From an uncultured Actinomycetota bacterium (lineage in GTDB: Bacteria > Actinomycetota > Actinomycetes > Mycobacteriales > Mycobacteriaceae), in NCBI GenBank assembly GCA_963781685.1, contig CAWAGK010000017.1:108110-172109 (forward strand): DNA of 64,000 nucleotides. Direction: 5' to 3'. Shown here piece after piece: positions 37,206-46,334 of this stretch; positions within the stretch are counted from its first letter, which is position 1; each line of letters begins with the position of its first letter. The notes below the pieces were generated by a model that worked only from the letters and a program-made list of their open reading frames with translations, had not been told where the DNA came from and made no database searches. The translations under genes and the position numbers were made by a program.

Positions 37206-37999
37206 GCGTGGATACCGAATCCTTGCACCTGCTGGAAGACGCCTTACAGAAGACCATGAGCGCGGCGTCGGGTCGCGAACTCGATGCGGCCCTGACGGAG
37301 TTGGGCTGGCTCGAAATGCTCGACGAAATGCCGGAAATCGCAATTCCGTTGGTATTTCGGCTGCTCGGCGAGACAGGCGCCCACGCGCCCGTGCTCAACG
37401 ATGTCGTGCTGCGCGCCGCCGGACGCGACGGCGGGGGTACCGTCCCGCTGCCGTACGCGGGTGGCTCGTGGGTCGTTTGGGACCGCGCCGAGCGGGCCGG
37501 CTCGGCGCTGGGCGACGACCTACCGATACATCGGGTATCGCAGGGAGATCCGGTGCCGCTCGCCGCGGGCCGGCACGCGCTCGGCTGGTGGCTAGTCGGC
37601 GCCGGCCGCGCCATGCTGGCGCTGGCGCGCCAACATGCCTTGGACCGTGTGCAATTCGGTAAGCCCGTCGCCTCGTTCCAGGCGATCCGGCATCGGCTGG
37701 CCGAGACGTTGGTCGCTGTCGAGGGCGCGGAGGCGACCCTGGTTGCCGCCGCCGCCGAGCCCGACGACCTGAGCTTTCTGCTCGCCAAGGCTGCGGCCGG
37801 CCAGGCGGCGTTGATCGCCGCGCGGCACTGTCAGCAGGTGCTCGGCGGTATCGGGTTCACCGCGGAGCATGAGTTGCATCGTCATGTGAAGCGTTCGCTG
37901 GTCTTGGATGGAATGCTGGGCAGTGCACGCGAACTCACCCGAGAGGCGGGAGCGACGCTGCGCGCCAAGCGGTTTGCGCCGCGACTGGCTAATCTCTAA
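37202..37999 (+). CDS. Short acyl-CoA dehydrogenase-like protein (beta-type partner)
   Basis: GTG overlaps the upstream stop; retains RVQFGKPVASFQAIRH and QVLGGIGFT, lacks the N-terminal FAD motifs. Confidence 0.88.
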   Translation: MSVDTESLHLLEDALQKTMSAASGRELDAALTELGWLEMLDEMPEIAIPLVFRLLGETGAHAPVLNDVVLRAAGRDGGGTVPLPYAGGSWVVWDRAERAGSALGDDLPIHRVSQGDPVPLAAGRHALGWWLVGAGRAMLALARQHALDRVQFGKPVASFQAIRHRLAETLVAVEGAEATLVAAAAEPDDLSFLLAKAAAGQAALIAARHCQQVLGGIGFTAEHELHRHVKRSLVLDGMLGSARELTREAGATLRAKRFAPRLANL

Positions 38000-38259
38000 T
38001 TCCGCAGCAAGCACCGGACGGCACATCAGTCGCAGGCGTCTTGCGGAAAGGGCAGCTGCGATCTGCCCGCCGCTGAGCGATTGTGGCGATAACACCGACG
38101 GCGGGTGAAGCAACCTAACGGCATGCGAGGAATTCGCTCGGAAGCCGGGAAATCGTTGTATCCCCCGCTTAGCAACGCCTGTGGCCAATGTGACCATCGA
38201 GCGCTTTGACGCCGATTAGCAGGCCGTTATTTCCGTTCCGCTTCCCTGGAGAGCAGCAA

Positions 38260-38296
38260 GAGAATAGTATTCTCGTGGCGAGAAAGTTACAATCTC
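38260..38296. promoter_or_regulatory. GAGAAT-N3-ATTCTC operator(s) upstream of TetR
   Basis: Perfect GAGAATAGTATTCTC (38260-38274) plus degenerate GAAAGTTACAATCTC (38282-38296). Confidence 0.72.
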
Positions 38297-38330
38297 AGAC
38301 ACGTCGTCCCGGCAGGGGGTCTAGCCCACA

Positions 38331-39050
38331 ATGACACGGCGTTCTCCGGTACAGTCCAATCATGTTCTCTCCTCGCGGCAATCACCTGAGCAGCCGGTGA
38401 CCAGCCCAAGCGAAGAGCCTGCCTGGAAGCAGCGTGCTGTCGAGCGGTCGATCAAGACGGCGAAACTGCGGGCAGCGCAGCGCGTCCAACGCTTCCTCGA
38501 CGCGGCCCAGGCCATCATCATCGAGAAGGGCAGCACGGACTTCACCGTGCAAGAGGTCGTCGACCGCTCGCGGCAGTCGCTGCGCAGCTTCTACCTGCAG
38601 TTCGACGGCAAGCACGAACTCCTGCTCGCGCTGTTTGAAGACGCGTTGAGCCGCTCGGCCGACCAGATCCGCGCCGCCACGGCCAACCACTCCGATCCGA
38701 TCGAACGACTGAAGGTCGCTATCGAGTTGCTGTTCGAGGCTTCGCGCCCCGACCCGACGGCCAAGAGGCCACTGTTCACCGACTTTGCTCCGCGGTTGCT
38801 GGTCTCACATCCGGACGAAGTCAAAGTCGCTCATGCACCGCTTGTGAGTTTGCTCACCGAACTGATGGAAGCAGCCGGCGATGCCGGCGAGCTGCGCGCC
38901 GGCATCAACCCGAAGCGGATGGCCGCGATGACGATGTCGACGGTGATGTTCATCGCGCAGTCCAGCGGCGGCTCCGGCGACGCGACCACGCACCCCATTG
39001 CCGCCGACGAGGTGTGGGACTTCTGCTCACGCGGATTCGTCGGCGACTAG
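38331..39050 (+). CDS. TetR/AcrR family regulator
   Basis: FTVQEVVDRSRQSLRSFYLQFDGKHELL; alternative GTG start at 38397. Confidence 0.93.
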   Translation: MTRRSPVQSNHVLSSRQSPEQPVTSPSEEPAWKQRAVERSIKTAKLRAAQRVQRFLDAAQAIIIEKGSTDFTVQEVVDRSRQSLRSFYLQFDGKHELLLALFEDALSRSADQIRAATANHSDPIERLKVAIELLFEASRPDPTAKRPLFTDFAPRLLVSHPDEVKVAHAPLVSLLTELMEAAGDAGELRAGINPKRMAAMTMSTVMFIAQSSGGSGDATTHPIAADEVWDFCSRGFVGD

Positions 39051-39088
39051 CGCGAGAACTGCATTACCCGTAAGCGAGAACCTGAGTC

Positions 39089-39962
39089 GTGCCCGACCTC
39101 TGGACCGATCTGCTGGGTTGTCTGCAGCTGCGCGCCCAGGACGGTGAGCGGTCCGACGCCCAAGACGTCTCGGTGTTCGGAGGGCGCTAACCAACATCTG
39201 AATTACCACCGGTTGTTTGGCGGCCAACTCCTGGCGCAGTTCATCCGTGCCGCGTCCGCGGTCTGTCCCGACAAGGCCGTCAAATCGCTGCACGCCGTCT
39301 TCGCCAAGGAAGGCCGGGCCGACGACCCGGTCCAGTACCAGGTGATGCGGCAGCACGAGGGCCGCTCATTCGCGACCTTGACGATCACCGCCAGCCAACC
39401 GCGAGGTGTGTTGGCCACCAGCTCAGTGAGCATGCACATCGCCGAGGACGGCCCCGCGCACCAGAGCACCGAGGCCGTTCCGGCGCTGTTGGACGAAAAG
39501 TACCGCGCCGAACTGGATCTCATCCCATGGGAGACACGCTGCGCCGATGACCTCAACGCGTCGAGTGCCGGCCCACCGCAACTCGAAGTGTGGATGCGCA
39601 CCCCCGCTGTGGGCGGCGAGCTGGCGCCCGCGCTGGCCGCCTACGCCACCGACCTCACGCTCATCGGAACCGCGCTTCGTCCCCTCGAAGGTTTCAACCA
39701 CCGTGGTAACGGCACCCTGTTCTCCTCGGCGGTCACCTCCCACACCATCTGGTTCCATCAACCATTCCGCACCGATCGCTGGCTACTGCTGCGTCAGCAC
39801 AGTCCGATGCTGGCGCACGGCCGCTGCTTCGGTCGTGGCGACGTCCTCACCGAGGATGGCTCGCTGGTCGCGTCCTACGCGCAAGAGGCGCTGCTGCGCT
39901 TCCGCGACGCCGGCGATCAAGACGTTAGAGCGTTCGCATATCGCACATCACGCGCCCGATGA
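39089..39962 (+). pseudogene. Acyl-CoA thioesterase II (TesB-like), +1 frameshift near 39179
   Basis: GTG 39089 VPDLWTDLLGCL...SVF, extra G, then EGANQHLNYHRLFGGQLLAQ in the next frame; could be a sequencing error. Confidence 0.75.
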
Positions 39963-39975
39963 GAGCTATATTCTC
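39961..39975. promoter_or_regulatory. Putative operator, GAGAAT-N3-ATTCTC family
   Basis: GAGAGCTATATTCTC (10/12) plus half-site GAGAAT at 39983, upstream of the SDR pair. Confidence 0.55.
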
Positions 39976-40170
39976 TGTTCGGGAGAATCATAAGTAGCGA
40001 AAACGGATCCCACGTTGACACCCGCAGGTAGCTGATGACAGAGTTGCCGCAGATGATGGGAGGTCGACCTCAGCAATGCCGCGTTGTCTCCGACGTCCAC
40101 CGTGCGTGGCTGGGAGGCAATGCCGGCGGTTCTCGGTTGAGCCAAACACAAATCAGGAAATGAGGTAACG

Positions 40171-41019
40171 ATGGCGGGTCGAGTCGAAGGCAAGGTCGCG
40201 TTCATCACCGGTGCGGCCCGTGGACAGGGCCGCTCGCACGCGGTGCGGTTGGCGCAGGAGGGCGCCGACATCATTGCGGTCGATATCTGTAAGCCAATCC
40301 GCGACGGCGTTACGGACACCGCGATCCCGGCCTCGACGCCGGAGGACCTGGCCGAGACCGCCGACCTCGTCAAGGGCCACAACCGCCGAATCTTCACCGC
40401 CGAAGTCGATGTGCGCGACTACGACGCCCTGAAGGCTGCGCTGGACAACGGCGTTGAGCAGCTCGGCCGGCTTGACATCATCGTGGCCAACGCGGGTATC
40501 GGCAACGGCGGGGACACTCTGGACAAAACCAGCGAAGAAGACTGGACAGAGATGATCGACATCAACCTGGCCGGGGTGTGGAAGACCGTGAAAGCCGGTG
40601 TGCCGCATCTACTCGCGGGCGGCCAGGGCGGTTCGATCATCCTGACCAGCTCGGTCGGCGGACTCAAGGCCTACCCGCACACCGGCCACTACGTCGCAGC
40701 CAAGCACGGAGTCGTCGGGCTTATGCGTGCATTCGCAGTTGAGTTGGGGCAGCACATGATTCGGGTTAACTCGGTGCACCCCACACACGTCAAGACTCCC
40801 ATGCTGCACAACGAAGGCACCTTCAAGATGTTCCGCCCTGATCTGGAAAATCCCGGACCGGACGACATGGCGCCGATCTGTCAGATGTTCCACACCCTGC
40901 CGATTCCGTGGGTGGAGCCGGTAGACGTCAGCAATGCGGTGCTGTTCTTGGCATCCGATGAGGCGCGCTACGTCACGGGTGTCACCCTCCCGATCGACGC
41001 GGGTGGCTGCCTGAAATAG
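40171..41019 (+). CDS. Mycofactocin-coupled-type SDR oxidoreductase
   Basis: GKVAFITGAARGQGRSHAVRLAQEGADIIAVDIC, YVAAKHG. Confidence 0.92.
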   Translation: MAGRVEGKVAFITGAARGQGRSHAVRLAQEGADIIAVDICKPIRDGVTDTAIPASTPEDLAETADLVKGHNRRIFTAEVDVRDYDALKAALDNGVEQLGRLDIIVANAGIGNGGDTLDKTSEEDWTEMIDINLAGVWKTVKAGVPHLLAGGQGGSIILTSSVGGLKAYPHTGHYVAAKHGVVGLMRAFAVELGQHMIRVNSVHPTHVKTPMLHNEGTFKMFRPDLENPGPDDMAPICQMFHTLPIPWVEPVDVSNAVLFLASDEARYVTGVTLPIDAGGCLK

Positions 41020-41073
41020 CCGGCAAGGGGCCGTCGCCGACCGGGTTGCGACCATGGGTTAACGTCGGGCGGC

Positions 41074-41910
41074 ATGGACCATTTCGAAGGGAAAGCTGCC
41101 GTCGTCACCGGCGGTGCGAGTGGTATCGGGTTCGCCACTGCCACCGAGTTGGCTCGCCGTGGAGCACGTGTTGTGCTCGCCGACGTCGACAAGCCCGGGC
41201 TGGAACGGGCGGTGGCCCACTTGCATGGTCAGGGATTTGACGCGCACGCGGTGATGTGCGACGTCCGACAGCTGGACGAGATGGTTCACCTGGCGGACGA
41301 AGCATTTCGCCTCCTGGGCCAAGTCGACATTGTCTTCAGCAATGCGGGCATTGTGGTCGCAGGCCCGATCGCACAGATGACGCACGAGGACTGGCGTTGG
41401 GTGATCGACATTGATCTGTGGGGCAACATCCATGCCGTCGAGGCGTTCTTGCCGAGGCTGCTCGAGCAAGGTACGGGCGGCCACATCGCCTTCACCGCAT
41501 CGTTTGCCGGGCTGGTGCCCAACGTCGGCCTCGGGGCCTACAGCGTTGCGAAATACGGCGTCGTCAGCCTGGCCGAAACGCTGGCCCGCGAGGTCAAAGA
41601 CCACGGCATCGGTGTGTCGGTGCTGTGCCCGATGGTCGTCGAAACCAAACTGGTCTCCAACTCGGAACGGATCCGCGGCGCCGATTACGGCCTGGAATCA
41701 ACGGCGGTCGTGACGGAGGGGCCGGGGCCGGCTCCTTCCCAGGAGGACACCCTCAGCGTCGATGAGGTCGCCCGTCTCACCGCCGATGCGATTGTGGCCG
41801 ACCGCCTGTACGTGCTGCCACACGGGGCGGCGCGTGCCTCAATTCGCCGCAGGTTCGAGCGGATTGACCACACGTTCGACGATCAGGCCGCCGACGGCTG
41901 GAGTCACTAG
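41074..41910 (+). CDS. SDR oxidoreductase
   Basis: TGGASGIG, SNAG, YSVAK. Confidence 0.92.
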   Translation: MDHFEGKAAVVTGGASGIGFATATELARRGARVVLADVDKPGLERAVAHLHGQGFDAHAVMCDVRQLDEMVHLADEAFRLLGQVDIVFSNAGIVVAGPIAQMTHEDWRWVIDIDLWGNIHAVEAFLPRLLEQGTGGHIAFTASFAGLVPNVGLGAYSVAKYGVVSLAETLAREVKDHGIGVSVLCPMVVETKLVSNSERIRGADYGLESTAVVTEGPGPAPSQEDTLSVDEVARLTADAIVADRLYVLPHGAARASIRRRFERIDHTFDDQAADGWSH

Positions 41911-41917
41911 CTAGCCG

Positions 41918-42542
41918 TCAGCGAGTCGCGGCCTTTCTGGTGCCGCCAGGAGCTCGGCCGATCACGCCCTCGGCTTCCAACTCGGCGATCTCGGCGTCAC
42001 TGAGCCAGGTATTCACCGACCTGCCCGCCGACGAATACCGGTGCGCGGTCCGGTGATCCGCGACCGAGCCCGATGATTCCGCCGGACCATGCTTGCAGCG
42101 TGAACTCGGTCGCCGGCCGATCCCGCCAAGGACCGTCCAGCCCGAACGGGGTGATGGACGTGACGGTCAGGTGCGGATGAGAACGACGCAGCGTGTTGGG
42201 CGTGAATGCCTCGCAGTCGGCCACCGTCGAACCGCGCGACCACACCACCGCGTCGGCAGCGGCCAACAGGTCGTTGACGAACTCGACGTCGTCGGCGATG
42301 GCGGGATCGGCGACGACACTGTGCTTGGAACACGCCAGGAAACCGAATAGGGCGCCGTCACTGCCGGGTTCGATGCGCGCCCCGGATGCCGACCAGCTGC
42401 GCGGCGGATCGCCTTGTGGTGACTCGACTTTGATCAGCTGCGCGCCGCCGTCGGCTAACAGCTTGGTGCAGTAGGCCCCGGCGATGCCGGTGGAGAGTTC
42501 GACGACGGTGTATCCGTGCAGCGGGTAAGTCTCAGGCTGCAC
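41918..42542 (-). pseudogene. CoA-transferase family III with large internal deletion
   Basis: N-terminal 180 aa (ELSTGIAGAYCTKLLADGGA) joined out of frame to a terminal tail LSDAEIAELEAEGVIGRAP...R*. Confidence 0.8.
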
Positions 42543-42613
42543 GGCCTACCCGTTCTTCGCCCGGCCCGACTTACTCAACCGGAAGTCAGGCGGAAACATG
42601 CTCTCAGCCATTT

Positions 42614-43744
42614 TCAGGCGCCAACGGCAATGTTGGCCGACGGACTCGATGTCAGAAGTTCAGGGCCGTCGGCCGTAATCAAAACCGCCTCCCGCCCGAA
42701 CACCGCGCCGACGCCTTCTTGCCAGACGTAGCCGGTAACCGCGAGCACCATGCCCGCCTCCAGCCGCTCGGCGGCAGCGGTCGCCGGTAGATGCTGCGAA
42801 ACAACCGGCGGATCGAATCCGAGGCCCAGACCCCGTGCGATCGGCATCGGCGGCAACTGCTCCCCCGCGGCATGGTAGGCGGCCAGCAGATCGGTACCGG
42901 GCGCACCCGGTTGGCACGCGCCATACAGCCTGTGCCACAGAGCATCCCATCGCCGATACAGATCGACGGCGCCGGCTGCCTCGCCGACGGGCCAGGTGCG
43001 TCCCACCTCACCGGTGTAGCCGCCGTCCAGTACACCGGCGGAGAACGCCACCAAATCGCCGGCCTGAACCCGACCGTCGTCACTGGCCCGTCGCCACGGG
43101 TGATCGCGTGCGGTGACCCACGCGGCATCCTGGGTCGACGGGGTGCTCACCCCGCCGGCTGCCATTGCCTCCAGCAGGATCCCGGCCAGCGTCTTCTCGC
43201 TTACGCCCGGTCGCAGCTCGGCGACCGCGGCGGCCAGGCCGACCTCGGCTACCCGGATGGCCTCGCGCAGCGCCGTCACCTCTTCGGGGGTCTTGATCCG
43301 CCGAGCGGCGCGCATGGCCAGCTCACCGTCGACCAGGTCGGCGTTGGGGAAGGCCATCGGCAGCAGCTGGGCGAACCCCGGCGAAAGCGCATCAGTACCA
43401 ACGCGTTTGGCAGTCGACGCGCCCTGGATTTCCTTCAGCACCGAGATCGTGTTCGTCGGATTCCAGGTGATGCCATACAGGTTCTCGTGCGGGATGTCGT
43501 CGGGAACACCCTCGTCCCAGGTGCTGAGCAGGTGGATCGCCCCGGTCTCCCGGATGACCACGCAGGTCGGTCCGAACGGACGGGTGCCTGCCACCCACAG
43601 CTGGGGCGCACCGGTGACGTAGCGCACGTTGGCCTGCCGCCCAAGAACCAACACGTCGAGGTCGTGCTTCTCCATCTGGGCCAGCGCCCGCTGCCGGCGA
43701 CCGGCGCGCAGCGCGCGGTCGTCGGGCAGAACTTCAGTCGCCAT
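42614..43744 (-). CDS. M24 (Xaa-Pro peptidase/creatinase-fold) protein with degenerate metal site
   Basis: RRIKTPEEV, GDLVAFSAG...GYTGEVGRT, IARGLG instead of GHGIG. Confidence 0.85.
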   Translation of the reverse strand: MATEVLPDDRALRAGRRQRALAQMEKHDLDVLVLGRQANVRYVTGAPQLWVAGTRPFGPTCVVIRETGAIHLLSTWDEGVPDDIPHENLYGITWNPTNTISVLKEIQGASTAKRVGTDALSPGFAQLLPMAFPNADLVDGELAMRAARRIKTPEEVTALREAIRVAEVGLAAAVAELRPGVSEKTLAGILLEAMAAGGVSTPSTQDAAWVTARDHPWRRASDDGRVQAGDLVAFSAGVLDGGYTGEVGRTWPVGEAAGAVDLYRRWDALWHRLYGACQPGAPGTDLLAAYHAAGEQLPPMPIARGLGLGFDPPVVSQHLPATAAAERLEAGMVLAVTGYVWQEGVGAVFGREAVLITADGPELLTSSPSANIAVGA

Positions 43745-43852
43745 CGGCGCTACTCCTCCTCATCGCTTCGCATTGGGTTGCCCGACTCCTCCTCGCCCCG
43801 CTTCGCGGGGTGCATCGTCGTCGGGCGCTGCATCGTCGTCAGCGCGCGCCAT
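43742..43852 (-). repeat. Composite (nested) MIRU-type intergenic repeat
   Basis: GACGACGATGCA occurs twice and GAGGAGGAG twice between the two M24 genes. Confidence 0.7.
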
Positions 43853-45086
43853 ACGGGTGATAGGGGTAGTTGGTCAACGGAATCCAGCCTTCCTCGGTGA
43901 TGACGACAATCTCTTCGCTGCGATAGCCGCCGGTGCCGTCTTCCCACACGACCGGTTCCAGCACCACCACCATTCCTGGCTCGAAAACGAAGTTCTCGTC
44001 GAACTCGTCGCCGAGATCGGTGCCGATCATTGGCATTTCGGCGGCATTGACCCCGATTCCATGCCCCAGATAGAAGTGCGGTAGCCACGGTCGGGTGCCG
44101 CCGTTGGCTTTTGTTGCCGCCCTGCCCAACTCGGCTGCGGTGGCGCCGGCTCGCGTGACGTCGAGCACGGCGTCCATGATTTCCCGCCACTTGTCGAATT
44201 GCGCTTGCTGGCGCGGCGTCGGGTCTTGGCCAACAACCCAGGTGCGGCCGAAATCAGAGCAGTAGCCGGCATAGGTGATGCTGACGTCGGTCCACAGCAC
44301 GTCACCGGCACGCAGTTCACGCTCGGTCGTCAACAGCGGCAACGCCAGATCACCGTGGGTGGTCCAGACACCGTCTTCCTTGCTCGGTGGCATCACCTGC
44401 CAGATCGGCTCCAGCATGCTGGCCATCGCGCCGAGCTCGAAGGCGCGGCGCATGAAGCCGGCCGACAGGTCGATCTGGCGAATCCCGGGTGCCAGCGCGG
44501 CCTGCACATCGACCATCGCTTCGTCGGTGATCCGGCACGCGGTGCGCATACAAGACAGCTCGTCGGGAGTCTTGATGAGCTTGGCCGCCCCGACAATCTG
44601 CGCCGCGTCGGCGGGCCGCCCGGACGGGAAGAGTCGCGCCTGCGCACGGCACATCGCACCGGTGAGTTCGTCCACCGCGAGCACCGCCCCGGACGGGACC
44701 AGATCATCGACCACCCGCGCGAAGCTCTCCACGCCCTCGTCGAACTCCAGATACACCGGGCCGTGCAGGTGGTCGGCCGGCAGCCCCGATTCCGATGCGG
44801 CCCCTTCACGGAACGGCAAGAAAAGGTGCGGATACGGGTCGTCTGCGAGCACCACCGCGACCGGGCGCTCGACGTAAGACAAACCGGCGTCACCCAGTGG
44901 CCAGCTCACCCCGGTGGCGTAGACGACGCTGTTATTTCCAAGCAGGATCAGGGCATCCAGGCCTCGGTCGGCCATCGCCGACCGCAGCCGCGCGCCGGTC
45001 TCGCGACGCATCCGATCGAGATCGGGTGTATCCGGGATGTCGAGCGCCGACGCGGGTGCGGCCAGGAACGAAGTGGGCGAAGTCAT
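43839..45086 (-). CDS. M24 family metallopeptidase
   Basis: WTDVS...YCSDFGRT, LGHGIG, LEP, RSEE: full D/D/H/E/E ligand set. Confidence 0.92.
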   Translation of the reverse strand: MTSPTSFLAAPASALDIPDTPDLDRMRRETGARLRSAMADRGLDALILLGNNSVVYATGVSWPLGDAGLSYVERPVAVVLADDPYPHLFLPFREGAASESGLPADHLHGPVYLEFDEGVESFARVVDDLVPSGAVLAVDELTGAMCRAQARLFPSGRPADAAQIVGAAKLIKTPDELSCMRTACRITDEAMVDVQAALAPGIRQIDLSAGFMRRAFELGAMASMLEPIWQVMPPSKEDGVWTTHGDLALPLLTTERELRAGDVLWTDVSITYAGYCSDFGRTWVVGQDPTPRQQAQFDKWREIMDAVLDVTRAGATAAELGRAATKANGGTRPWLPHFYLGHGIGVNAAEMPMIGTDLGDEFDENFVFEPGMVVVLEPVVWEDGTGGYRSEEIVVITEEGWIPLTNYPYHPYGAR

Positions 45087-45094
45087 TGGGTCCC

Positions 45095-46267
45095 CTACAG
45101 ACCAAGGAATTTGGTGATGTTACCGCTGACGATCTGCGCGGCCGCCTGGGGACCGACCGCATCGACCACCGAGGCCAACGACTTCTCCGAATAACCGAAG
45201 GTGCTTTCGTTGTGCGGGTAGTCGCTGGACCACATCACCTTGTCGACGCCGATCTGGTCGATCAACTTAAGTCCGAGCGGGTCGACCATGAACGATGCGC
45301 TCATGTGGTTGTCCCAGTAGTAGCGCACGTCGTGCTCCAGGGGCCGATTGAACATGTGCTGGTATGACGCAACCAGGTGCTCGGCGTCCTGCAAAGCCCA
45401 AGGCACCCAAGCGATTCCGCCTTCGAACCAGCCGATCCGCAGACTCGGGTGATCGTCGAGGATCCCGGAGAAGAGGTACTTGGCGAATTGTTCGCGGAAT
45501 CCGTCGATGTTGATCATCATGCCGACCACGACGCTGTTGTACTGGCACGGGGTCTTCGGCGGGGTCTCGCCGATGTGGTGGGCCACCGGAAGTCCGGCGG
45601 CTTCGATCTCGTCCCAGACCGGTTTCATCGCGGTGCTGCCGTAGTCGATGATGTTGCCCTCGTCGTCCTTGCCCGGATTCAGCGGCAACAGGAAAGTCCT
45701 GAGCCCCAAAGACTTCAACTCGGCCAGTGTCCGTTTGGTGCCTTCCGGATCCCACCAGTTGATCAGGCCCGCACCGTAGAAGTGGCCGTTGGAACGCTCC
45801 TGCAACTCGGCGATGTACTCGTTGTAGATGCGGAACGCGAGCTCGCGAAGCTGTTTGTCCGGGTAGTGGAACAGCGCCAGGATCGCGTTCGGGAACGCCA
45901 GCTCCTTCTCGACGCCGTCCTCGCGCAGCTCCTGAATCCGGGCCTCGATGTTGGTGCTCGCGGCCCCGGGCAGGTCGTCGTACTGCATCAGCACCGCGCT
46001 GAAGTCGCCCGGCAGGAAGGACTGTCCTTTGCGTCCGACCTGGTAGGCGCCGTCCTCGTACCAGATCCGCGGCGCCTTTTCTTTGAGCTCGTCCGGGAAT
46101 CGTTCGTAGAAGATGTCGGCGGCCAGCGAAATGTGATTGTCCGCAGAGAAAACCACGGTTCCTTCCGGCAGGCCGACGTTGGCGCCGTTGGCGCGACCGT
46201 GTCGATCCTTGGGTGCGCCAAACCCACCGGGCGGGTAGAGCGAGGCGGTGCTTGTTTGAGGCGACAT
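45095..46267 (-). CDS. Amidohydrolase family protein
   Basis: SADNH, IYNEY, HHIGE, FEGGIAW, WSSDYPHNES. Confidence 0.92.
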   Translation of the reverse strand: MSPQTSTASLYPPGGFGAPKDRHGRANGANVGLPEGTVVFSADNHISLAADIFYERFPDELKEKAPRIWYEDGAYQVGRKGQSFLPGDFSAVLMQYDDLPGAASTNIEARIQELREDGVEKELAFPNAILALFHYPDKQLRELAFRIYNEYIAELQERSNGHFYGAGLINWWDPEGTKRTLAELKSLGLRTFLLPLNPGKDDEGNIIDYGSTAMKPVWDEIEAAGLPVAHHIGETPPKTPCQYNSVVVGMMINIDGFREQFAKYLFSGILDDHPSLRIGWFEGGIAWVPWALQDAEHLVASYQHMFNRPLEHDVRYYWDNHMSASFMVDPLGLKLIDQIGVDKVMWSSDYPHNESTFGYSEKSLASVVDAVGPQAAAQIVSGNITKFLGL

Positions 46268-46299
46268 CAATGGCCCTCCAATCGGATCCATGTTCGTTC

Positions 46300-46314
46300 G
46301 AGAGTAGTTATCTC
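46300..46314. promoter_or_regulatory. Putative operator, GAGAAT-N3-ATTCTC family
   Basis: GAGAGTAGTTATCTC (9/12) in the short gap upstream of the amidohydrolase-M24 operon. Confidence 0.45.
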
Positions 46315-46334
46315 GGATCGCTTGGTGAAGGGAT

